Below are positions 11,196-20,661 of a stretch of 52,773 bases of DNA, piece by piece. The position numbers and the translations under genes are program-made. Numbering within the stretch: the stretch's first letter is position 1; each line of letters starts with the position of its first letter. The DNA comes from an uncultured Nitrososphaeraceae archaeon. Its GTDB lineage: Archaea; Thermoproteota; Nitrososphaeria; Nitrososphaerales; Nitrososphaeraceae. The DNA lies in NCBI GenBank assembly GCA_963825865.1, contig CAWGVG010000042.1, positions 1 through 52,773 on the forward strand, written 5' to 3'. The notes beneath the pieces are model-generated. The model was not told the origin of the DNA. It saw nothing but the letters and a program-made list of their open reading frames with translations, and made no database searches.

Positions 11196-12738
11196 TTGGA
11201 ACTTCGTGATTCTTCCAGCATAGAGGAAATTGCAGAAATTTTAGATGGAATTGTTACTACTAATGGTAAAAAGGGTCTAGATTACTTCCGGGAAGGCAAA
11301 TACCAAGAGGCTGCGGTTGAATATGACACTATAGCACGAGCTTATAACGATGCTTATAATAGAGCCATTCAGGTAATGACTGAGTCTACTGCAGATTCTA
11401 CAAGAATAAAAGAAATTTTTCGTAAGGGCAGAAAGTTTTGGGAGGAGAGTGCACAGGTATGCCGAAAAGAGGATTTGCTGCGTAAAACGAATGAGCTAAA
11501 AAATGAAGCCTATAAGCTTCAGCTAGGTGGTCTTTACGAGGAGTCGATAAAATTGTTTAAAGAGGCTCTGGAATTAAATGCTACGGACGACCCCGAGATT
11601 TGCATGTACCCTTGGAAATTCATATTTTCACCTATCAAAATATTATGAGGCCATAAAATGTTATGATAAGGCTTTACAGATTGATCCTAACAATGCACTA
11701 GCATGGTATTGGAAGGGATATTCCTTTTATGAGCTAGGAAATAATGAAGAAGCCATAAAATGTTATGATAAGGCTTTACAGATTGAGCCCATTTTTCTTA
11801 ACGCGTTAATAGCTAAGGCAAATTCCTTTTATGAGCTAGGAAATAATGAAGAAGCCATAAAATGTTATGATAAGGCTTTACAGATTGATCCTAACAATGC
11901 ACTAGCATGGCATTTGAAGGGATATTCCTTTTATGAGCTAGGAAATAATGAAGAAGCCATAAAATGTTATGATAAGGCTTTACAGATTGATCCTAATAAC
12001 GATGTAATATTGAATAACAAAGCATGGTCATTTGCTATGATCGGAAGAGGCTTAGAAGCACTACGTATTATTAAAAAAAGTATAGAAATAAATCCCAAGG
12101 TAAGTGATTATTTTGATACAATGGGTTTTGTTTATTATAAACTGGGAGAATATGAGGAATCCATAAAGCATTATAATAAAGCAACAGAGATTGATGCTAA
12201 TAATTACTTATTCTGGACTCACAAGGCTTCCTCATTCCAGAAATTAAATAGACATAAAGAGGCACAGGACTGTTTGAATAGGGCCGAGGTTTTAAAAATT
12301 GAAGCGAAAAAGCAAAAGAGTTTAAAGAGAGAACTTCTTCTTAATTCTCTCTTCACTGGAACTGAAACAGCTGTACAAGAGCCAGAAGAGACGCGGCAAG
12401 ATTTAATCGATCAGCTAAACGCACCAGACCAAATTAAAATAAAGCAAGATGTTCAAACTAGAGGAGATGGTTGGTATCACTGGTCGGTCTTTTTAGACGC
12501 CGGGGAAAGAGGAGATAGTATACTTGATCAAATAGAATCTGTCAAATATGATTTGCACCCAACCTTTCCTGACCCAGAACCGACAAAAGATAGAAACAAT
12601 AAGTTTATACTTAATGCGACCGGTTGGGGAGAATTTGAAATAAAGGCTAATATTACTCTTAAGGATGGAAGAACAATTACAAAATATCATTGGCTTGCTC
12701 TAAGGAATAATATGACAAGTAGTACGGTTTCTAGATAA
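11196..12738 (+). CDS. TPR-repeat protein with C-terminal prokaryotic YEATS (pYEATS) domain (about 513 aa after correcting one frameshift)
   Basis: TPR consensus EAIKCYDKALQIDP. C-terminal YHWSVFLD...IESVKYDLHPTFPDP...F.L.ATGWGEFEI is the YEATS signature. Removing one C in tacccttgga (about 11609) joins the two ORFs. AGGTGA Shine-Dalgarno-like site before the TTG. Confidence 0.85.
11650..11990 (+). repeat. 102-bp tandem TPR-coding repeats, near-identical at DNA level
   Basis: gccataaaatgttatgataaggctttacagattga at 11650, 11752, 11854 and 11956. Confidence 0.95.
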
Positions 12739-12912
12739 ACAATAAAAATTTATGACCGTTTCACTTCTAGCTGTTGAACTGAATTTAGAAAATTATTAGA
12801 AATCAATTAACGAACCAAATTGTCATCATGTGTGTAGTTGTATTCTTGATCCTCTCATCCTTTTCCTCTTCTTTACTTTTATGATCCAAAACTAGACTAA
12901 TTCGTAATATCC

Positions 12913-14397
12913 TTAATCAACTTCTTGGACTTTTTGATATAGTTGCTCGCTCACCTTTTTTCTAAAATCATCGAAATTTGATATAAGCGTATTAGTAATA
13001 CTAGTAATATCTTGACCTAGCCTTATTTTCCCATCTATACCTGCCACTACAGATACTGAAGCATTTTTAATCCCTTCTAGCTCCTCAATTAAAACTATGA
13101 TTTCAGGCCTCTTCCTTTGATAATTACCTTTCTCCTTAGTAGCATCTTTACTGAAATCTCTTAGATGCTGCACATTTTGTTTTATTCTTGGAACTGTTGA
13201 CCAATCTAGATCGGTATGATTGTCTATAAAATCTTTACATAACTTTTCTAATGGATTTAACTTATTACGTAGAATTCTTCCTTCCCCGTTACACGTGTAT
13301 ATTACTGGTGAAATAAACTCTGCCGTATTCCCGAATTTATAATAGTAGTAAAGCCTTTCTTGCGTACTGACAATAGCTTCCTCCGCGTCATAATCCTTAA
13401 TGAATTCTTCATAAAATTGAGTGGAGATATAAGGGCCAGCCTCATCATGGATCTTGAATTGCATTCCAATAACACAGGGAATATTTTTTGTTTCCATGAG
13501 CTGTCTAGCCAGACCATTAAAACCTCTTTCAACTCCACTTTCACAGGAGTTTAGCATAATTAGTGCCAAATGCTTAGTACGCTTGTATTCGATAAACATG
13601 CTGGCAAATTTCGAGTCGTCGACTGGAATTTCATGGCCCCTTTCATTACATAACAATATTGTTCCCTTCTTACTTTGATCATTAAAATCGCTGTGTCCTA
13701 TGTAATGTATTATATTATAATTATTGTTTTTTAATACTTCTAAGATCTTATCTAGTGTGGGTTTTCCTAGCTCTACTGTACCATTTGCAAGGGTCTTTCG
13801 TTCATCTTCTAATTCATTTGAAAGTATATGAACTTCTACTTTATCTAGTAGGTGTTTTTCTATTATGGTCCTGATTTGTTCCCTCTCAGGCCTAGCATAT
13901 TTCAGCTGCTTTTTTTTAGGTGTCGATGAAATTATCAGAATTCTTAACCTATCAGAAATATACTTTGCTCCAATATCTTCTGGTACACTTCCATGCTTCC
14001 GAACTATCCTAATTTTATTATTCGGACCGAGGAAAGATGTGCCATTGTGCAGCAATTCCCATGGAAGAGATTGTAAATATGGCTCATCAATATCCAAAAC
14101 AAGTCTTAAGTGGTCTTCAGCATGCGCAATGCTGTTGAAATGCGCTAAGAAATTAGCATAAATCTCTTTATCATTAAACAGAAGTTTGTACAAATACTTC
14201 CCAATTTTTGTGACGTGGGATATAGCATCTTTATTACTGTCTGTATTGGTAATAGAACGCTTAGCCTTGCTTAAGAGAGATCGGATTATTCTGGTATCAA
14301 TTAATATGTTTTGACCTGATATTTCCATGCGGCTATTAGTATACGCAGTAATTGTATTGCCTGCTCCCAACTTAATCTTGAATATTGTAGTGGCCAT
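12913..14397 (-). CDS. CHAT-domain (caspase-like) cysteine protease
   Basis: LQSLPWELL, LRILIISSTP, catalytic His in IIHYIGHS, catalytic Cys in LIMLNSCES, CVIGMQFKI, FYEEF. Intact 494 aa ORF. Confidence 0.93.
   Translation of the reverse strand: MATTIFKIKLGAGNTITAYTNSRMEISGQNILIDTRIIRSLLSKAKRSITNTDSNKDAISHVTKIGKYLYKLLFNDKEIYANFLAHFNSIAHAEDHLRLVLDIDEPYLQSLPWELLHNGTSFLGPNNKIRIVRKHGSVPEDIGAKYISDRLRILIISSTPKKKQLKYARPEREQIRTIIEKHLLDKVEVHILSNELEDERKTLANGTVELGKPTLDKILEVLKNNNYNIIHYIGHSDFNDQSKKGTILLCNERGHEIPVDDSKFASMFIEYKRTKHLALIMLNSCESGVERGFNGLARQLMETKNIPCVIGMQFKIHDEAGPYISTQFYEEFIKDYDAEEAIVSTQERLYYYYKFGNTAEFISPVIYTCNGEGRILRNKLNPLEKLCKDFIDNHTDLDWSTVPRIKQNVQHLRDFSKDATKEKGNYQRKRPEIIVLIEELEGIKNASVSVVAGIDGKIRLGQDITSITNTLISNFDDFRKKVSEQLYQKVQEVD
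12919..13250 (-). repeat. 332-bp perfect inverted repeat, copy 2 (CHAT residues 383-493)
   Basis: Same 111-aa peptide LEKLCKDF...QKVQEV in both ORFs; the CHAT ORF stops one residue after the repeat. Confidence 0.97.
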
Positions 14398-14561
14398 TAT
14401 AGCATCTTTTGATTACGTCAAATCAATATAGCACAAAGGTATTTAATAAGAATGCCTTTGTAATGGCAAGAAATTCAACAGGTACAATCCGGCGAAAAAT
14501 GAAATTAAAGCAGATAATCAATATGTTTGGTTATATCGATAGCCATGGAATTTATCAAAAT

Positions 14562-15296
14562 TTACACGAAGTCGCCATAGTCTACCGCACCATATCTTGC
14601 GGGCCTGCGAGCCTCTCCCCCCCTAAAATCTGCACTCCTCATAAATCGCTTTCTAATTCCCCTGGCCTTGAATAGCGGCGTAAGGTTTTGTGCAGCGATA
14701 ATTCTTGTTGCAATGTCTGATTCTTTAGCTATTTGAAAGTTTGCACCTATATTTACAAGGTCACGTGATGACAATGGCATATTTCCTTGAACTTGAAGAT
14801 CAATCTGCGCATTCTTTCCTCGAGAAATAAGAATAGTGGCCTTCTCTGCCAGTACTACTTCTGTGATGGCTACCATATTAGTGTCCCAAATGCCCGACTT
14901 ATAACGTGACAATACTTCTTGTTTCAGATAATTCTCATCCTTGATTTTTTCAGAGCTACATCCAGATAACTGGAACATTATAGCATTCTGTTTTTTGAAT
15001 TTAACGGTTAGCCCAGCATTTGCTTGCACAATATTCGAGCCAACTAATGGAGCTTGGCCCGCAGCCTTAACATCTATTGAAACGGCATTTGAAGAAGAGT
15101 AATCGAAGCCAGCTTTAACAGTACCTTTCGTCGTTTGAAAAGCAATTCCTAGTTCACGTAAAGTTGTCAGAGGTTGGTACTCAAAGTCTATAATTCTACC
15201 TACATCACCTGGGCTAACCCTCAATATTGGAAGCCACGTAGCACAATAGTTCGTTTCATCTTTAATTTCTTTGATATATTGTTTTCTGATACTCAT
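14562..15296 (-). CDS. Putative gasdermin-like pore-forming protein
   Basis: 244 aa. N-terminal Y-x-A-T-W-L-P...GDVG, amphipathic beta-hairpin segments (VSIDVKA, AGLTVKF, AQIDLQV), VAITEVV strand, LTPLF and a short Arg-rich tail. Sits directly upstream of a CHAT protease. Fold assignment is inference. Confidence 0.6.
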   Translation of the reverse strand: MSIRKQYIKEIKDETNYCATWLPILRVSPGDVGRIIDFEYQPLTTLRELGIAFQTTKGTVKAGFDYSSSNAVSIDVKAAGQAPLVGSNIVQANAGLTVKFKKQNAIMFQLSGCSSEKIKDENYLKQEVLSRYKSGIWDTNMVAITEVVLAEKATILISRGKNAQIDLQVQGNMPLSSRDLVNIGANFQIAKESDIATRIIAAQNLTPLFKARGIRKRFMRSADFRGGEARRPARYGAVDYGDFV

Positions 15297-15330
15297 TTAT
15301 GCTTCACTAAATACATTGCTATGAACAATG

Positions 15331-15346
15331 TCATATAAAAGAACTT
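15331..15346 (-). promoter_or_regulatory. Putative archaeal TATA box for the gasdermin-like gene
   Basis: TTTTATAT on the minus strand about 37 bp upstream of the ATG at 15296. Confidence 0.4.
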
Positions 15347-15878
15347 TGACACTAGCTCATAGCGATATATTTTGCCTGTGTCAATTGTGTCACTGAGGCC
15401 TATAACTGTGCAAATTCCAATAGATTCCAAGTAACTATTCTATTAACAATCCGTTATAGAACTAGCGTTTCAAATATGCTCCTAACAGGGTTTGATTTAC
15501 ATCTATCATGGTACTTTTCTGCACAGCTACTTTGTAAGTACCATGCCAAGACCCTACGACAGACAGCTAATTTCAGACACATTTGCTATCGACGATGCGT
15601 TTATGGATAGAACACGAATGTTCCAGAATGGTGACTGACTTATGACGAGTTTTAAAGCTACCAACACACAGAACGTTCCTGTGTTCTTCCATGCTTTCAA
15701 TAACGAAGATTCAATACTCGACTAGGAAATTATCTATAAACTTTTTTGGTACTCCCTATGATAATCATTTACTTCTACACTAATCTCTTGCTCGTACATG
15801 TTAAACAAAACTTGATCTATATACATTCTTCCTGAACCCTAACTGTTGAAAGGTAAAGCAAGTAATGGAGGTGTCTTT

Positions 15879-16300
15879 CTATAGTTTCCATTGTACTCGG
15901 ATATAGTAATTAGCCTGTTTTGTATTCAACGCCTGGGTTGTATTTACTGCACGAACAAAGAATTCTGTTCTGTCTTGACCATTGTTATCCTTATATTCTA
16001 CATAGACAGGTCTTGGGCTTTTTTCGACCTGGATTTTAGCTACAGTCTTGTCATCATACTCAAGGCGTTCCAATCTTAAGAGCGACATTATTTCTGCTCC
16101 AATGTGTTTCCGAACAAGGTTAACTAAGTGCTGTGACCATCCATCCCAATCTTTCCTTTCTTTAAATAATTCGTAGTCACGTTCAATTCCTAGAACATTA
16201 CCCTTGTCATCTACTCCTATAATCAACTTTCCTCCATCAGTATTCATAAAAGCGGCTATCGTCTTAAGTATTGAAAGTGCGAGAATACTATCTTGACTTG
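15879..16300 (-). pseudogene. Schlafen/AlbA_2 domain protein, 5'-truncated
   Basis: LKTIAAFMNTDGGKLIIGVDDKGNVLGIERD motif; the frame extends upstream of the called ATG without a start. Confidence 0.85.
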
Positions 16301-16319
16301 GTTGGGGGGAGGTTTTATC

Positions 16320-17840
16320 ATCCTTCTATGAAAATGCATCTCTTAAGATACAAAAGCACCCAGCATATGATCAGGTTTTCAATGGTAAAAGAAAAGTCTC
16401 CGAAGAGATCAGACGCTTCATCAAAACAACATTTAGTAACACTAGAATAAATGTAGCCTACCTCAAGCCCTTGAACAACTTCATTAGAGAATACAGAGGA
16501 TTATCTATCTTTTCGACTAATTATGACCTTTGTATTGAACAGTTTTGTAAAGAAAATGGAAGAACGTTCGTCGATGGTTTCAATCCGTATTGGAATCCCG
16601 AAACTGAATATAGAAAAAAATGTAATGTCGATGTGTGCCTCTATAAACTACATGGCTCCATAACTTGGTATAAGATCTGATGGAGGAGAATATACTCGCA
16701 GTGACATCATAGTAAGTGATATACGTCCAATCATTGTAGGTGGTCAAGAAGTTGTGCCATTGATCTTGTATCCTGGTCGGAAGCTTAGAATATATCGAAC
16801 CTATAATTTATATGCTATCTGAAATCAAAAAGCAGATTGAACAAGCTAAATACGTGTTGTTGTTGGTTACTCATTTAAAGATGAGCATCTGGCAAGACTT
16901 TTTAGATATGTAGCGGCAAGAAACCGTAAATTAATTCTGTTCTTAATCAGTCCAAGTGCTTATCATATCTATGACAAGAAACTACGGTATCTAGAAGATG
17001 AACTATTCCAAAAAACCTTTACGAGAGCTTTCAGTCATATAGGTTTCAGCAAATCACCCATACAATCGTATCTTGATGGAAGAGTCATTTGTCTAAACTA
17101 TAAATTTAAGAAGGTATTTCCACTGCTAAAAAACCACTATCTAAAGAATCTAAAAGATGCTCAGATTAAAGAAGATGAAACCGAATATGGAGATGTATCT
17201 GATGAGGCCAAATGGAAAGATTGTCTAAGGCATTACATAGATTGTGAATACATAGAAAAGCTGAAAAAAATGATGAAGGAAATTACATGGTATGAATCAA
17301 TAACCAAAGACAGCATTTTCTGGCTTGAAATATGTTTCAAAGGGTTACTCAGTGCTGTGTCATGTAATGATATAAACATCAAAACACGATGGATAGAACA
17401 CTTTGAGAAAGACTTGTGAATTCTTCTTGATTGATAAATTTATGGTTGAGCCGGAGGCAAGTTACTTCATATGGTAGCATATCACCAAAGATAACCCCAC
17501 TGGTTTAACTGAGTGTTTTGAACGTACAATCGTCCCATTTATAGACAATAAGTTAACAATCCCTAAATCAATTCCAAAATAGAATAAAAAAATTAGGCGA
17601 CTATCTAGCGACTATCTAGTTCTGTGGCAGAAAGAACCTATGACATATGACAGATATTGTGGATTGCGAAGCAGTTATGAAAATGAGATTAAAGAGCTTA
17701 AGGAGAAGGTTAGTCTTTATAAGCAGAACCAGACTTCGAAAGAACAACAAGTAGTTAAGGATATCATAATGCAAATTGAAGATAAAGAATTGCAAAAGAT
17801 ATTTGGTGGCTCCGTTCTTGCATTTGATATTTCAAGCTGA
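16320..17840 (+). pseudogene. SIR2-like (SIR2_2) domain protein, fragmented
   Basis: IFSTNYDLCIE, LYKLHGSITW and VGYSFKDEHL motifs across frames. N-terminal GAGxS motif is missing. Confidence 0.8.
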
Positions 17841-18102
17841 AATATTCTAATAGATAATAATATACGTTGTGAAATGTTGTTCTGACTTGTTGCTGTCTAC
17901 GAAGTCATAGTTATTAAGAGAACATTTAAAGATTAGATCTGTGCTCTCTTCTATCCTAGTCTAGAACCCACTTTCGGCACCGATATCTGTTTGAACCCCC
18001 TTGGACCCGTATCGCTACGTGTAATCACGTAAAGTTAATTAGAGAATACAAAAATTAACATCATAAAAGGCTTTAAACATAATTATTACTGTTATTATAT
18101 TA

Positions 18103-18417
18103 TCATTGAAAAGCATACAAAAAACCAATCCAACCTTGTAATAGTTTTTGTCCCTTTGGGGTTATACTATATCTAGACACTTTAGGGATTTTGTGTATTG
18201 ATGATCTATTGGCTATGTTTTCATCCTCAACAAGGCCTTCTCTTTTCAGCCTGTACTCAAGTGCGTCTCTTAGTGTAGAAGGAACCTTGTATAAACGGCC
18301 CTTAGATTTTTGTGCAATTATTTCACTAATCTCTCCAACTGTCAACGCTTTTTTAGTTCTTCGTTTAAGGCCATTAGCAAAATAAAGCTGTTGGAGATCT
18401 GTGCATAGCTTATCCAT
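18103..18417 (-). CDS. Winged-helix (PadR/ArsR-like) DNA-binding protein
   Basis: LTVGEISE...RLKREGLVE...YSITPKGQKLL; true start may lie upstream (about 18561) via a frameshift. Confidence 0.6.
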   Translation of the reverse strand: MDKLCTDLQQLYFANGLKRRTKKALTVGEISEIIAQKSKGRLYKVPSTLRDALEYRLKREGLVEDENIANRSSIHKIPKVSRYSITPKGQKLLQGWIGFLYAFQ

Positions 18418-18657
18418 TCATAGTTTTTTGCAATAGAGTCCCACATCCTGTCATTTTGAATCGCAGAGTCAGTTACTCGAATCCGTATTCTTAAAGGTTG
18501 TTGTTTTCTCTGATTTTATTCCTGAAGCATCATGTTTGGCCATTTTCTTAATGGTTTGCATAGCCAAATACTTAATTTTTTGGAAATTCACAGTAAAGAA
18601 GAGAGGAGACAGAAGAACAAGTTTAAAATAAACAAATGGTGAAGAGAAGAATCTAAA

Positions 18658-19745
18658 CTAATTTAAATCTACTCCATAAGCCTCCCATCCCTGCCTATAA
18701 TGATCAATCATTTCATCAATCATATTAAGCAGGTAATGTCTAGCACTTGTAAATCTACCTCTACCTGCAAGTATTTCCGCTCCCTGTTCTTTCATAGGAC
18801 TACGATAGTTAACATTGTAATGATATTTTCTAAGATCCATAAATGCCACCTGCTTATCAGTTAGTGCTGCCTAGCAGAGTGTGACATGCTTTACGGCGAT
18901 CATAATCAACTATATTTAGTTCTCTGAATTGCTGCCCATATTTTTAGTTGGCACGATAGTAAAGTAGCAATACTTTTGACCAAATCTACGATTTACAACT
19001 ATTACTGAAAATCCATTTTTCTTGTCCTTTACATGAAGATTAGTGCAGACACAATTTGTCAGATTTTTACATAGCGGCATTTGATGGCAATATTCTATCT
19101 CCGTTCCTCTAAGGCCAGAGAAGAGTGCGAATTTTATTAGGATGTCAAATTCATCGCTTTGGATGCTCGTACTGTTTTTATCCTTTCTCTTAGATCCTCA
19201 CTGTCTCCGATCCAAAGTCTGTCATGGATTCTGAGTCTTTTGTTAAGGTCATATCTTTTTACAATCTCATCTATCAGTAACCTAACCTCTGGATCACCGT
19301 ATCTTTGATCGTACCGCTTCACCAAATCTTCTCATAGCATCACAGATATAGGACCTAACATGACCAGTTCTATCTTTTAGCATGATTGGCCTTGTAAAAA
19401 ATATGTCAGTATATCTTCTGTAATAGTTAAGTATAGTCAGAGCGCTTCTTTCTATTTCATATCTATTATAAAGATACGATTTGAAATCCTCAACGTCTGC
19501 GCTTTTATAAAAAGTGGGTGAAACTACACCTGACATTGGGTCTTTTATTCCCTTATCCCTTATTCTATCAAGCAGCTTTTCAATTTGTTCACTTCTCTGT
19601 TGTTTAGGAAATTGACCTGCTACAATTGCATGACATAGTTGATTTGGATTCTCAAAACCCCATTCATTGAGCTTGGATTCAAATATAGCCCAATCAGCCT
19701 CTTCATCTTTACAAGCCCTTGTTTGTATACTGTTGTGGCTTGCAG
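18658..19745 (-). pseudogene. Tyrosine recombinase/integrase (SSV1-like C-terminal type), frameshifted
   Basis: FALFSGLRGTE (catalytic Arg) near 19100-19135, DLRKYH, EILAGR and SARHYL (catalytic Tyr); spread over at least four frames. Confidence 0.8.
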
Positions 19746-19877
19746 AGATTCCTTAACTATTTCAATACTTCGATTCATACACATACAATAACCACGACTG
19801 GTTATTATATCTTCTGGAAAACCGACGGTTTATCCTAATAGACACCATAATAGCAGTATTAGAAATAGTGATAATTT

Positions 19878-19987
19878 TGATATCAACTGCAGATAACTGT
19901 TTGATATCAAAACTATGTATATGTGATATCAAAGATTTTGCAAAAACTAGCATGAAATCAACTTTTTGATATCAAGCCTGATATCAA
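19878..19987. repeat. Array of TGATATCAA near-palindromes upstream of the integrase
   Basis: Exact copies at 19878, 19902, 19924, 19967 and 19979, plus variant TGAAATCAA at 19953. Confidence 0.8.
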
Positions 19988-20661
19988 AACTATAATATTA
20001 CTCTTGAATTAGTGCGAAGTGCAGATTTATTCACTGCAAAAGAAAAAGTGAATACATTTCGCGTCCTATAAGACAAAATATATATAAATTCTTCACCCGC
20101 TGACATTTATGGATTGTTTCTCTTCTGCTCTGTCAACTATGCTCAATATCCTTCGCTGAATATAACTACTTACGAGGGCCCCCCTGAAGGCATAAAAGGA
20201 AGTAACGGATGTTAGGACTTGCCTTGGGAATTGTCTTTGCTACAATATTTTGTCGAAGCAAATTCTGAATAATGTCGTCGCCTACCGTCGGATCTGGTGA
20301 AGCAGTAGTAATGTTAACTCTTCCTATGAATTACCCATAGCCCTATTTCAAACGATCCAATACTATAACCATTCATGTGATCCATAAGAGTGCTTGTCAA
20401 AATGAATTTGAAAAATTCTGTTATCTTGTCGGCACTTGTTTTCCCGCTAAAGATCCTCCTACAATTTTCACATCAGCCTCTATTTTTTTCAAAATTGGAA
20501 GTACTGGAACGATCTTGACGTTTTTTATTGATTTCTTGCACAGACTTCAGCCCTCGTTTGTCCTTCCTATATCTTTTCTATTCGTTTCTTTGGAACTGCT
20601 GATATAACTCGCCGCGCTGGATAATCTACTTCTTAATATGGCACGAACAATGAAGGTAAAA

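Noticed and set aside
11650-11990. Regularly spaced repeats as a CRISPR array
   Set aside because: The 102-bp period is in-frame TPR coding.
9063-13250. Inverted repeat as a composite transposon or DGR template/variable repeat
   Set aside because: No transposase between the copies, no TSD, no reverse transcriptase and no adenine-specific mismatches.
12913-14397. CHAT as Craspase (Csx29) linked to the CRISPR mini-array
   Set aside because: No Cas7-11 or any cas gene, no Csx29-like architecture, and the array is 8 kb away.
13302-14675. Several short ORFs overlapping the CHAT and gasdermin-like genes
   Set aside because: Antisense or alternate-frame shadows without motifs.
17598-17620. 11-bp tandem duplication gcgactatcta
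   Set aside because: A single local duplication within a decayed gene; no functional signal.
17989-18010. gtttgaacccccttggacccg resembling a tRNA 3' end downstream of the integrase
   Set aside because: Too degenerate and no matching att copy seen in the window.
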